Shown here: positions 9,913-19,128 of the stretch, one piece after another
How positions within the stretch are numbered: position 1 is the first letter of the stretch
Layout of the letters: each line of letters begins with the position of its first letter
Assembly (NCBI GenBank): GCA_963796635.1
Contig: CAWCMH010000001.1
Location: forward strand, 2,660,209-2,724,208
Direction of reading: 5' to 3'
Length of the DNA: 64,000 bases
From: an uncultured Gemmatimonadales bacterium
GTDB lineage: Bacteria; Gemmatimonadota; Gemmatimonadetes; Gemmatimonadales; GWC2-71-9
Notes under the pieces: model-generated
The model's database searches: none
Told to the model about the DNA's origin: nothing
The model's input: the letters and a program-made list of their open reading frames with translations, nothing else
Translations under genes and position numbers: made by a program

Positions 9913-11709
9913 CTACGCGATCCCCGCGCGCGCCTTCGCCTTCGCGCAGATCGCCGCCATCACGTCGCGATACTTATCGAACGTGTCGTCGACCACTTGC
10001 AGCGTGGGAATCGCCGTCGGCGACAACGACAGGGTGTCGGGGTTGAAGCGCGAGAAGCCCGACTCGTGCACGCCACTGCTGCCGCGGCCCGGCGCGGGCG
10101 ACGAGAGATGCTGGAAGTTGCGCCCGTATTGCTGCAAGCGGCCGAGCCCCACTTGGTACATCGGAATGAATTCGAGTAGTGCGTCGTAAGGCATTTCGCC
10201 CACGCAGGGCACGCCAGGATGCTTCGCGCGCAGATCGAGCACCAGTTGCCGCACGCCGTCGTGCATATCGCCGCTGGTGTTGTTCATCCAGCCGCCGACG
10301 ATGTCGAGAAAGTATGCGTCGGCGCCGTAGTTCGTGATCATCTCGTCGATGCGTCCCGCAAGCCAGTTGCGCCATGACGGGACACCCAGGTTCATGTACG
10401 ACAGCCACCCTTCCTGGTGGCGATCGTTGTCCCAGTCGACCCAGTTGATGTCGAGCACATCGCCGTCGATCTTCTGCACGGCCGCGTCCTGCAGCCGCTT
10501 GAACACCGGCTGGCGGCGATTGGCCGCGTTGGTGCCGAACATCGGCAGCATGCGGAAGCCCAGCTTGTGGGCACCGTCCATCAGCCGGCGAAAGCCGTCG
10601 GCACCGCCCATCCGCGCGTCAACCTGATAATTCGGATAGTTCCAGTAGTAGCGGCCATCCCACGCCGACAGAAACACCATGACGCGATCGGGCGGGATCT
10701 GTGTCGCGATCCACCGCAGAATGTCGAGTTGTCGCGCGTAGTCGTTGAAGATGTAGCCGGTGTAGTGCTGACCGTGCAGCGTCGTGACCATCGCCAGGTT
10801 GCGCATCCATGTGGGAACATCGGTCCGCGCATCCCACGTCGAGAGGTGAAAGGCGCGCTCGACGTGCGCGTAATGTGCGTTGACCGCGGCATCGGGCGTG
10901 GCGTGTGTCGCGAGACTCCACGTCGGTACGGTCCATTTCTTCTGCTGATTCCAGCCGTCGGCTTCGGCAATCATCTCGACGCGATAGCCGTCGGGTCCGG
11001 GCTGGAAGTAGAAGCGCTTGGCACCCACGCGCGAGTCGAGCGAGCGCAGCGCGAGATACTTGTCGTCGCCCGTCTTGACGATCGCGAGCGGCGTGCCCAG
11101 GCTGCCGGCTGTGTTCTCGCCCCAGAGATCGCCGGCGCCGAAGGGATAGCCGACCAGCAGTTCGTCGTCGCTGTCGCGGCCGAAATGCGTGCCCCCGCCG
11201 AACGCGATCGGCCCGCGCGGGATCCCGCGGAGGACCGTGGTCACCGCTTTGACCGGACGATCCATCGACACGGTCACATCCCACGTGATCGCGTTGTCGC
11301 TCTTCCGCAGCGTCGCCTCGAATCGACCCTGTGCCTTCTGCTGTCCACCGGCCCAGTCCAGGCCATCGCACGTCAGGCGCATCACGTCGCCATCGACCTC
11401 GGCCTTCATGTTCGCCTGATCGAGGCCGTAGGCGTTCTCGAAGGTGTAGACCATGAACCCGAACTGATAACCCCCAAACGCCACCGACGGCTCGGGAAAG
11501 TCGAACGAGAACTTGTCGAACCCGCGTCCGCGCGGCGGAATGAATACGTCGCTGGTGGACGTCTTGGGTAGAATGTCTACCAGAGCGGGTACTCTCGTCG
11601 CGTTGACCAGAGTGACCGCGTGGCGAATGGCGTCCGACGGAGCGAGCGCGCCCGCAGATGCGGCACCTATCAGCTTGACGGCGTTACGGCGGGAGAGTGG
11701 GTCGGGCAT
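9913..11709 (-). CDS. Exported (Tat-like signal) protein, possibly a TIM-barrel glycosidase-like enzyme
   Basis: N-terminal SRRNAVKLIGAASAGALAP resembles a twin-arginine signal. High GC3. Located in a sugar-utilisation cluster. I do not recognise the family, so the function is inferred from context only. Confidence 0.55.
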   Translation of the reverse strand: MPDPLSRRNAVKLIGAASAGALAPSDAIRHAVTLVNATRVPALVDILPKTSTSDVFIPPRGRGFDKFSFDFPEPSVAFGGYQFGFMVYTFENAYGLDQANMKAEVDGDVMRLTCDGLDWAGGQQKAQGRFEATLRKSDNAITWDVTVSMDRPVKAVTTVLRGIPRGPIAFGGGTHFGRDSDDELLVGYPFGAGDLWGENTAGSLGTPLAIVKTGDDKYLALRSLDSRVGAKRFYFQPGPDGYRVEMIAEADGWNQQKKWTVPTWSLATHATPDAAVNAHYAHVERAFHLSTWDARTDVPTWMRNLAMVTTLHGQHYTGYIFNDYARQLDILRWIATQIPPDRVMVFLSAWDGRYYWNYPNYQVDARMGGADGFRRLMDGAHKLGFRMLPMFGTNAANRRQPVFKRLQDAAVQKIDGDVLDINWVDWDNDRHQEGWLSYMNLGVPSWRNWLAGRIDEMITNYGADAYFLDIVGGWMNNTSGDMHDGVRQLVLDLRAKHPGVPCVGEMPYDALLEFIPMYQVGLGRLQQYGRNFQHLSSPAPGRGSSGVHESGFSRFNPDTLSLSPTAIPTLQVVDDTFDKYRDVMAAICAKAKARAGIA

Positions 11710-11760
11710 CGTGGCTCCTGTGTGAACGCCGGCGCGGCCAAGGCCGCGGCTCGGCCGTGC

Positions 11761-12040
11761 GAAGCGTCATGAATGACGCTGTCGATCCCAGCCCGCAGGG
11801 CTTCGCGGTGCCGAGCCGTCACTTCAGTGACGCCGGCATGAACGGCCATCCCCCGCGAAGCGTCATGAATGACGCTGTCGATCCCAGCCCGCAGGGCTTC
11901 GCGGTGCCGAGCCGTCACTTCAGTGACGCCGGCATGAACGGCCATCCCTCGCGAAGCGTCATGAATGACGCTGTCCATCCCAGCCCGCAGGGCTTCGCGG
12001 TGCCGAGCCGTCACGTCAGTGACGCCGGCATCGAAAGCTC
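11761..12040. repeat. Tandem repeat, 96 bp x about 3, each unit built from two short palindromes
   Basis: Unit starts (gaagcgtcatgaatgacgct...) at 11761, 11857 and 11953. Each unit holds agcgtcatgaatgacgct and cgtcacttcagtgacg palindromes. Intergenic between the ABC ATPase stop and the start of the 9913-11709 gene. Confidence 0.9.
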
Positions 12041-13548
12041 ACGCCGCCTCGAGCCCCGCCATCAACCGCAGCAGCGCATCCTGGCTCGCCATCTCGCGCG
12101 ACATCTGGCCCACAAGCCGGCCGTCGCGCAGCACGAGAATTCGATGCGACAGTGCCAGCAATTCCGGCAGCTCGCTCGAAATGAGCAGCACCGCCGCGCC
12201 ATCGTCGGCCAGGCGCGCGATCCACGCATGCAACTCGGCTTTCGCGCCTACATCGACGCCGCGCGTCGGCTCGTCGAGCAGCAACACGCTGCTTTCGGCC
12301 GCGAGCCACTTGGCAAGAACGATCTTCTGCTGGTTCCCCCCCGACAGCGTCAGGGTCGGAGTTTCCAGGACGGACGCGCGCGCTTGGGCGCCTTCGGCAC
12401 TGCGAGTCGCCACATCGCGTTCGGCAGTGCGATCGATCCACCCCTGATGGGCCACGCGATCGAGCACCGGCAGCGTGATGTTTTCGCGCGATCGCATGCC
12501 GAGCACCAGGCCTTGCCGCTTGCGATCTTCGGGCACCAGCCCGATGCCGTGCGCGAGCGCATCGCGGGGTGACGCGAGTGCGACCGGCTCGCCGCGCACG
12601 CTGACGCTGCCCGTCGACCTGTGAATCGAGGCCGAACAACGCCTGCGCCAGCTCGGAGCGCCCGGCGCCGGTCAGCCCCGCGACGCCAAGAATTTCGCCC
12701 GCGTGCAACGTGAACGACACGTCGCGAAAACGGCCCGGACTGGTGAGGTGGTCGACGCGCAGCACGGGTTTCGCGTGATCGGCGACCTGGACGGGCGCGG
12801 CCTCGTAGTGCTGCACGTCGCGCCCGATCATGCGCTGCACGATGGTCGGCTCGTCGACGAGCGACACCGGGTCAGTCGAGACATGACGCCCGTCGCGCAG
12901 CACGGTGACGTGATCGCAGAGCCGGAAGATCTCCGGCATCCGGTGCGAGATGTAGAGCAGCGTCACGCCGCGCGCGCGCAGCTGCGCCATCAGTGCGAAC
13001 AGCTGATCCGCCTCGCGCTCGCCGAGTGAGCTGGTGGGTTCGTCGAAGATGATCACCCGGGCCCCGCTGCCGATCGCGGCGGCGATCTGCACCAGCTGCT
13101 GCTGGGCGACGCTCAGTGTCTCCACCCGGCGCGCCGGGTCGATTTCGGCCCCGATCGACACGAGCAACGCACGCGCCTGTTCGCGCAATTGCGCGCGGTC
13201 GAGGAATCCGCCGTGCCGTGGTAGATGACCCAGGAACAGATTCTCGGCGACCGACAGGTTGTCGCAGAAGGCAAGTTCCTGGTGCACCATGGCGATGCCC
13301 GCGACCAGCGCATCGCGCGGCTCGCCGAACTCGACCGCCTCGCCGTGCAGAATGATTCGCCCGGCATCGGGCCGCATGATGCCGGCAAGGATGCGGCTGA
13401 GCGTGCTCTTGCCGGCGCCGTTCTCACCGCAGATCGCGTGGCACGATCCGGCCGCGACCTCGAACGACACCGCCGTCAGCGCCGCCACGCCGGGAAAGCG
13501 CTTGGTGATCGCGTCGAACCGGACGGCGGGAACGGGCGGCTCCGTCAC
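12039..13548 (-). pseudogene. Sugar (ribose/xylose-type) ABC transporter ATP-binding protein, two ATPase domains, interrupted by a 1-nt frameshift
   Basis: The N-terminal frame (13548 downwards) reads GENGAGKSTL..LSVAQQQLV..IIFDEPTSSL..GLTGAGRSELAQALFGLDS, then turns into Arg-rich nonsense. The second half (VSVRGEPVAL..LVPEDRKRQG..LSGGNQQK..LLLDEPTRGVD) continues in the +1 frame (track ORF 12039-12599). Confidence 0.75.
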
Positions 13549-13555
13549 TGAGTGC

Positions 13556-13720
13556 GATCCCTCGCCCTGCTGCGCACGGCTCGGGATGACCGGCGGTGCT
13601 GAGGCGAGAGATCCTCGTCGTGCTGCGCACGGCTCGGGATGACCGGCGGTGCTGAGGCGAGAGATCCCTCGTCGTGCTGCGCACGGCTCGGGATGACCGG
13701 CGCACTGGTGCGCCGGTCAT
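13556..13720. repeat. Tandem repeat, 53-54 bp x 3, variant of the dispersed palindromic repeat, ending in a perfect palindrome
   Basis: gatcc(c)tcg..ctgcgcacggctcgggatgaccggcggtgctgaggcgaga units start at 13556, 13610 and 13663. The terminal atgaccggcgcactggtgcgccggtcat overlaps the binding-protein stop codon. Lies inside the ABC operon. Confidence 0.85.
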
Positions 13721-14715
13721 TGCGGCAGCGCGAGATAGGTCGAATCGACGTCGGTGAATCCCCACGACTTGAGCTGCCGGGCCCAGATACCAAGGTTGTC
13801 CTTCGACACCCGGATCAGGTCCATCTGCACATGCGCCGGCACCGCCTGCTTGAGGTACACATGATCGATGATGGTGCGCACCGACACGCTGCCCCAGAGG
13901 TACACCGGCTGGGCGAGCAGCACCGGCGCGAGGCCCTTGGCGACATACGCGAGTTCGGCGGGCAGCGCGTCGACAGCGACGATCTTGACCTTGTTCGGAT
14001 TGAGGTCGCCCAGCAGCGCATCGGTGAACAGCGGCCAGCCGCCGATCATCGCCCACCCCTGGATGTTCGGATTCGCGTTCTGCGCCCGCAACACTTCGGC
14101 GGCGGCGTCCTGCGGCGTCTCCGGATGATTGAACACGCCGATGATGTGGATGCCGGGATACTTGGCCGCCTCATCCTTCACCCCTTGCACGCGCTTCTGC
14201 AGGTTGGTGGCGTTCTGGTTGCCGGCCAGGATCGCGACGTTGCCACTGTCGTGCATCTGGGCGGCAAGTTCCGACATCACCTGCGCGCCGATCGCATGAT
14301 CGTCGCCACCGTAGAACGCGAATCGCTTCGAGTCGGGCGCGTCGCTGTCGAACATCATGACCGGCACGCCGCGGTTGACGGCGTCGTTGATCGCACCGGT
14401 CACCTTGCCGGCGTCGCTCGCCGACATCAGGATGGCATTGTCGCCCGCGTTGACCGCCTGCTCGATGCGTTGCGCCTGCACCTGACCATCTTCCGTCGGC
14501 GGCGTGAGCCAGTCGATCACGATGGTGATGCCGAGCGAATCGCCCAGCTGCTTGGCCATGGCCTCGGCGCCGGTGCGCGCCGCGAGAAACACCGGATTGG
14601 TCGAACTCTTGGCGATCATGCCGATGCGGAAGGTCTTGCTGCCATTACTGGCACCCTTGCTGCACGCGGCCAGCGCCACGAGTCCAACGATTGCGAACGC
14701 ACGTTGACGAGTCAC
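13717..14715 (-). CDS. Sugar ABC transporter substrate-binding lipoprotein (RbsB-like periplasmic binding protein)
   Basis: MTRQRAFAIVGLVALAACSKG lipobox. Periplasmic-binding-protein type I pattern (FRIGMIAKSSTNPVF...GVPVMMFDSD...). Confidence 0.85.
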   Translation of the reverse strand: MTRQRAFAIVGLVALAACSKGASNGSKTFRIGMIAKSSTNPVFLAARTGAEAMAKQLGDSLGITIVIDWLTPPTEDGQVQAQRIEQAVNAGDNAILMSASDAGKVTGAINDAVNRGVPVMMFDSDAPDSKRFAFYGGDDHAIGAQVMSELAAQMHDSGNVAILAGNQNATNLQKRVQGVKDEAAKYPGIHIIGVFNHPETPQDAAAEVLRAQNANPNIQGWAMIGGWPLFTDALLGDLNPNKVKIVAVDALPAELAYVAKGLAPVLLAQPVYLWGSVSVRTIIDHVYLKQAVPAHVQMDLIRVSKDNLGIWARQLKSWGFTDVDSTYLALPQ

Positions 14716-14738
14716 GTGGATCTCCAGTTGAGGTGTGT

Positions 14739-14841
14739 GTCATCCCGAGGAAGCGTAGCGACCGAGGGATCGCTGTCACCCGGGCCGATCCCTCGCTGCG
14801 CTCGGGATGACATGCTGCGCGAGCGCTTCGCTCAGGATGAC
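14739..14841. repeat. Cluster of dispersed palindromic repeat copies (one forward, one reverse, one degenerate reverse)
   Basis: gtcatcccgaggaagcgtagcgaccgagggatcgc (14739-14773), gatccctcgctgcgctcgggatgac (14787-14811) and gagcgcttcgctcaggatgac (about 14821-14841), between the permease and binding-protein genes. Confidence 0.85.
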
Positions 14842-15962
14842 ACTGCTGTCCGCGCCAGCCGCTTCGCCAGCAATTTGCGTCCACTCTGATCGAGCACCAC
14901 AGCCAGGATCATCGCCGATCCGATGATGATCCATTCGTAATTCTGGTCCAGGTGCAGCGTCCGGATGGCCTGGCGGATCAGCACGATCAGCAGCGCGCCA
15001 AGCATCGCACTGAGCGCGCTGCCGCGGCCGCCGGTGAGCGACGCGCCGCCGACCACGGCCGAGGCGATCACGTACAACTCGTAACCGGTGCCGTCCGACG
15101 ACGTCGCGGAGCCGTAAAAGCCGGCCCCGAGAAACGCGGCGATGCCCGCAGTCAAGCCGGACCAGATGAAGACGCCGAGTTCGATACGCTTGACATTGAG
15201 TCCCGAAAAGCGGCTCGCTTCGGCGTTGCCGCCCACCGCAAAGATATGCCGACCCATCACCGTTCGAGTCAGGTAGATCGCGCCGACGACGGTCACCAGG
15301 ATCATCCCCAGCAATGGCACGGGCGACAGGGTCTTGCCGAGTCCGAGCGACGCCTTGGCGAAATTCGTCAACGACATCGGCACGAGAATGCTCTCGGCGT
15401 TGCTGATGACGAACGCCAGGCCGCGCAGGATCCACATCGTGCCCAGCGTGATGATGAAGGAATGCACGCCGAGACCGACCGTCATGACACCGTTGGCGAG
15501 GCCGCACAGCAACGACACCGCCATGCACACGCCCAGTCCGGTGACGACCGTAAGCACCGGGTTCATCGGGCCAAGGGCGCGCAGGGTCAGCGCCATCACG
15601 ACGCCCGCCAGGGCGTACACCGACCCGACCGACAGGTCGATGCCGCCCGCGATGATCACCATGGTGGCGCCGACGCCCATGATCGCGAACGTGCTCGCAT
15701 CGGTGGCCATCTGGATCAGCGTGTGCGCGTTGAGAAAGTTGTTGACCGTCCTGCCGGTCAACGCATCGGTGTGCGACCCCGCCACCGCCGTCAGCAGTGC
15801 GCCCATCGCGAGCAGAACGAGCGCCAGCCCCGCCGACTGGGACCGCAGAAACGACCGATGCACGTGCGGAAAGTCCTCGTGGAAGCGGATGCAAGAGTAT
15901 GGCGCGCCGGTGGGACTGTCAATAAAGAAGGCGGCCAGCCGTGAGCCCCCGCCTGTCGCCAC
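14832..15962 (-). CDS. Sugar ABC transporter permease (RbsC/branched-chain type)
   Basis: Multi-TM protein with the pattern IDLSVGSV..GLANG..ITLGTM..GGN.EA.R.SG typical of ribose-type permeases. The likely true start is the GTG at 15863 (VHRSFLRSQ); the upstream extension is uncertain. Confidence 0.85.
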   Translation of the reverse strand: MATGGGSRLAAFFIDSPTGAPYSCIRFHEDFPHVHRSFLRSQSAGLALVLLAMGALLTAVAGSHTDALTGRTVNNFLNAHTLIQMATDASTFAIMGVGATMVIIAGGIDLSVGSVYALAGVVMALTLRALGPMNPVLTVVTGLGVCMAVSLLCGLANGVMTVGLGVHSFIITLGTMWILRGLAFVISNAESILVPMSLTNFAKASLGLGKTLSPVPLLGMILVTVVGAIYLTRTVMGRHIFAVGGNAEASRFSGLNVKRIELGVFIWSGLTAGIAAFLGAGFYGSATSSDGTGYELYVIASAVVGGASLTGGRGSALSAMLGALLIVLIRQAIRTLHLDQNYEWIIIGSAMILAVVLDQSGRKLLAKRLARTAVSS

Positions 15963-16008
15963 TGCATCTATTCACCTCCATATTTGTATTCTCGTCCCGG
16001 AGCCCTCC

Positions 16009-17463
16009 ATGCCACTGCCCCAATTCACGCCCCCCGCGCCGCCCCCGCCACAGCCACTGCCCCCGGTCACGCTGGGGCTGGTGGTCGGCAACCGCGGCTT
16101 CTTCCCGGGCCATCTGGCCGAGCGGGGGCGTCGCGACATGCTGGCGGCCCTGGAGCAGGCCGGATTCCGGGTGGTGGTCCTCGATGCGGGCGACAGCCGC
16201 CACGGCGCGATTGAATCGCGCGACGAGGCCAAAGCCTGTGCGGCGCTCTTCCGCCAGCATCGCGACGCGATCGCCGGCATTGTCGTCACGCTGCCGAATT
16301 TCGGCGACGAGCGCGGTGTCGCCGAAACCCTCCGCCTCGCCGACCTGCGCGTCCCGGTGCTGATCCACGCCTGGGCCGACACGCCCGACCGGATGCTGAT
16401 CACCGATCGCCGCGATTCCTTCTGCGGCAAGATTTCGGTGTGCAACGTGCTCACGCAATACGGCATCCCGTTCACGCTCACCACGCGGCACACCGACACG
16501 GCCGGCAGCGAGACGTTCCGCGACGATCTCGCCCGGTTCGCGGCCATCTGTCGCGTGGTGCACGGCCTGCGTACCGCCCGGGTCGGCGCGATCGGCGCGC
16601 GGCCGGCCGCGTTCAAGACCGTGCGCTACAGCGAGAAGATCCTCGAAGCGAGCGGGATCGCCGTCGAGCCGATCGACCTGTCGGAGATTCTCGGCCGCAC
16701 CACCCGCATGGCCGACGACGATGCGCGCGCGGTCGCCAAGCTCGCCAGCATCCGCCAGTATGTCCCGACGCAGGGCATTCCCGAGGCGGCGTTGCTCAAG
16801 ATGGCCAAGCTCGGCGCCGTGATCGACGGGTGGATGGTCGAAGCCGATGTCACGATCAGCGCGGTGCAGTGCTGGACGTCGCTGGAGGAGTTCTTCGGCG
16901 TCGTGCCGTGCACGCTGATGAGCATGATGAGCAACGAGTTGTTGCCGAGCGCCTGCGAGGTCGACGTGTGCGGCACCGTCAGCATGTACGCGCTCGCACT
17001 CGCCTCGGGCAGCCCGAGTGCGCTGCTCGACTGGAACAACAATTACGGCGACGATCCCGACAAGGCCGTCTGCTTTCATTGCAGCAACCTGCCGAAGCAT
17101 TTCTTCGAATCGGCGCGGATGGACTACCAGGAGATCATCGCCGGCACGGTCGGCAAGGACAACACCTACGGCACGGTGGTGGGGACGGTGCGCGCCAGCC
17201 CGATGACGTTCGCCCGCTTCTCGACCGACGATCGTGCCGGGCGAATGCGCGGGTACGTGGGCGAGGGGCAATTCACCAGCGATCCGCTGACGACGTTCGG
17301 CGGCGCGGGTGTCGTGGCCATCCCGAATCTGCAACACCTGCTGCACGTCATCTGCCAACAGGGTTTCGAGCACCATGTCGCGGCCAATCTTTCGACAGTC
17401 GCGGCGGCGTTGCACGAGGCCACGACGCGGTACATGGGGTGGGATGTCGTGAGGCACGGGTGA
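16009..17463 (+). CDS. L-fucose/L-arabinose isomerase family protein
   Basis: ATG at 16009 (MPLPQF). The track ORF from 15334 is an antisense extension over the permease gene. LGLVVGNRGFFP, FCGKISVCNVL, MSNELLPSACEVDV and FHCSN segments resemble the FucI-like isomerase family. Confidence 0.75.
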   Translation: MPLPQFTPPAPPPPQPLPPVTLGLVVGNRGFFPGHLAERGRRDMLAALEQAGFRVVVLDAGDSRHGAIESRDEAKACAALFRQHRDAIAGIVVTLPNFGDERGVAETLRLADLRVPVLIHAWADTPDRMLITDRRDSFCGKISVCNVLTQYGIPFTLTTRHTDTAGSETFRDDLARFAAICRVVHGLRTARVGAIGARPAAFKTVRYSEKILEASGIAVEPIDLSEILGRTTRMADDDARAVAKLASIRQYVPTQGIPEAALLKMAKLGAVIDGWMVEADVTISAVQCWTSLEEFFGVVPCTLMSMMSNELLPSACEVDVCGTVSMYALALASGSPSALLDWNNNYGDDPDKAVCFHCSNLPKHFFESARMDYQEIIAGTVGKDNTYGTVVGTVRASPMTFARFSTDDRAGRMRGYVGEGQFTSDPLTTFGGAGVVAIPNLQHLLHVICQQGFEHHVAANLSTVAAALHEATTRYMGWDVVRHG

Positions 17464-17468
17464 GGAGT

Positions 17469-17532
17469 GTCATCCCGAGCGAAGCGAGGGATCGCTTCGT
17501 GACCATGGGATCCCTCGCTTCGCTCGGGATCA
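17469..17532. repeat. Inverted pair of the dispersed repeat forming a long hairpin
   Basis: gtcatcccgagcgaagcgagggatcgc (17469-17495) and ggatccctcgcttcgctcgggatca (17508-17532), separated by about 12 nt. Fills the gap between the isomerase stop (17463) and the araB start (17537). Confidence 0.9.
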
Positions 17533-17536
17533 GTAC

Positions 17537-19117
17537 GTGACCCTCGTCGCCGGCGTCGATTTCGGCACGCAGAGTGTCCGCGTCTCCATTGTCGATCATC
17601 TCGACGGGGTGATCGGATTCGGCGTCGCCGAATATCCCGTGCTGCGCGATCGGGCGGATCCCGACTTCGCCACGCAGGCGCACGACGCGCACATGCATGC
17701 ACTCGTCGACGCGATGCATCTCGCGCTGGCCGACGCCGGGGTCGATGGCCGCACCGTTCGCGCCATCGCGCTCGACACCACCGGATCGACCGTGATCCCC
17801 GTGGGCGCCGGTCTGCGTCCACTCAACGACTATTACCTGTGGTGTGATCACCGCGCCGCCACAGAGGCCGCGCGCATCACGGCATGCGCCCGCGAGCAGG
17901 ATCTGCCGGCGATCCGCGCGTGCGGCGGCGTGTATTCGTCGGAGTGGGGGTTTGCCAAGCTGCTGCACTGGCTCCGGCAGCATCCCGAGTTGCGCGGCGA
18001 GTTCGTCACCGCGCTGGAGCACTGCGACATGGTGGCGGCCGTGCTGTGCGGCATCAGCGACCCGGCCGACCTGCCGCGCAGCGTCTGCGCCATGGGACAC
18101 AAGTGGCTCTGGCGCGCCGCCGCCGGCGGACTGCCGTCCGACGAGTTCCTCACCAGCGTGGATCCGGCGCTCGCCGGCGTGCGCGACCGGATGCAGGGGC
18201 GGTATCACACGTCCGACGTCATCGCCGGCCACCTGACGCCTGCGTGGGCCGAGCGGCTGGGCCTGTCTCCCGGCATTCCGATTCCCGTCGGGGCGTTCGA
18301 CGCGCACTGGGATGCGGTCGGTGCCGGGATCGCCGAGGGTGACGTGGTCAACGTGATCGGCACGGCCACCTGCATCATGGCCATCGCGCGCGCGACGCCC
18401 GATATCCCCGGGCTCTGCGGCATTGTCCCCGGGTCGATTCATCCGGAATTCGTGGGCATCGAAGCGGGATTGTCGGCCACGGGATATCTGTTCGAGGCCA
18501 TCGCCCGGCGCGCCGGCGTGGCACCCAGCGAACTCGCCGCACAAGTACAAGAGCATCGCGCCGGGGAAACCGGACTGCTGCGGCTCACCTGGGACAACGG
18601 CGACCGCACCGTCCTGGTCAACCCGGCACTCGGTGGCGTGACACTCGGCTGGAATCTCAATCACACCGCCGCCGACGAACTGTTCGCGGCGATCGAAGGC
18701 ACCGCACTGCACACGCGGATCATCATCGATCGCATGCGCGAGTACGGTGTGCCGGTGCGACGGATGATTCATGCCGGGGGCATCCCGCAGAAGAACGAGG
18801 CGCTCAACCGCGTCTACGCCAGCGTGCTCAACACGCCGGTGCTCGTGCCCGAGCGTCCCATCACATCGCTGGGCTCGGCCATCTTCGCATGCGTCGCCGC
18901 CGGACTGCACCCGACCATCGAAGCCGCGCAGGCGGCACTCTGCCCGCCCTATCGCGAGGTGCCGCCCGACCCCGCAGCCGTCGCGGTCTATGACCGTCTG
19001 TACGGCCTCTATCGCTCGCTGTATTTCGCGCTGGGAGCAACCGGATCCGCGCCGATCGAACTGGGTGGCATATTGCCGACGTTACGCGAGATCGCCGCCA
19101 CTGCGCGTAACCGCTAG
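17537..19117 (+). CDS. araB: Ribulokinase (FGGY carbohydrate kinase family)
   Basis: GTG start. VAGVDFGTQSVRV N-terminal FGGY motif. C-terminal HAGGIPQKNEALNRVYASVLNTPV as in AraB. Adjacent to araD. Confidence 0.8.
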   Translation: MTLVAGVDFGTQSVRVSIVDHLDGVIGFGVAEYPVLRDRADPDFATQAHDAHMHALVDAMHLALADAGVDGRTVRAIALDTTGSTVIPVGAGLRPLNDYYLWCDHRAATEAARITACAREQDLPAIRACGGVYSSEWGFAKLLHWLRQHPELRGEFVTALEHCDMVAAVLCGISDPADLPRSVCAMGHKWLWRAAAGGLPSDEFLTSVDPALAGVRDRMQGRYHTSDVIAGHLTPAWAERLGLSPGIPIPVGAFDAHWDAVGAGIAEGDVVNVIGTATCIMAIARATPDIPGLCGIVPGSIHPEFVGIEAGLSATGYLFEAIARRAGVAPSELAAQVQEHRAGETGLLRLTWDNGDRTVLVNPALGGVTLGWNLNHTAADELFAAIEGTALHTRIIIDRMREYGVPVRRMIHAGGIPQKNEALNRVYASVLNTPVLVPERPITSLGSAIFACVAAGLHPTIEAAQAALCPPYREVPPDPAAVAVYDRLYGLYRSLYFALGATGSAPIELGGILPTLREIAATARNR

Positions 19118-19128
19118 TCCGCGCGGTC

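Noticed and set aside
11761-13720. The two tandem-repeat arrays considered as CRISPR arrays
   Set aside because: The units are contiguous with no unique spacers between them, the periods (96 and 53-54 bp) are whole-unit duplications, and there are no cas genes in the window.
15334-16008. N-terminal 225-codon extension of the isomerase ORF
   Set aside because: The extension is antisense to the ABC permease gene. A clean ATG at 16009 begins the region of family similarity.
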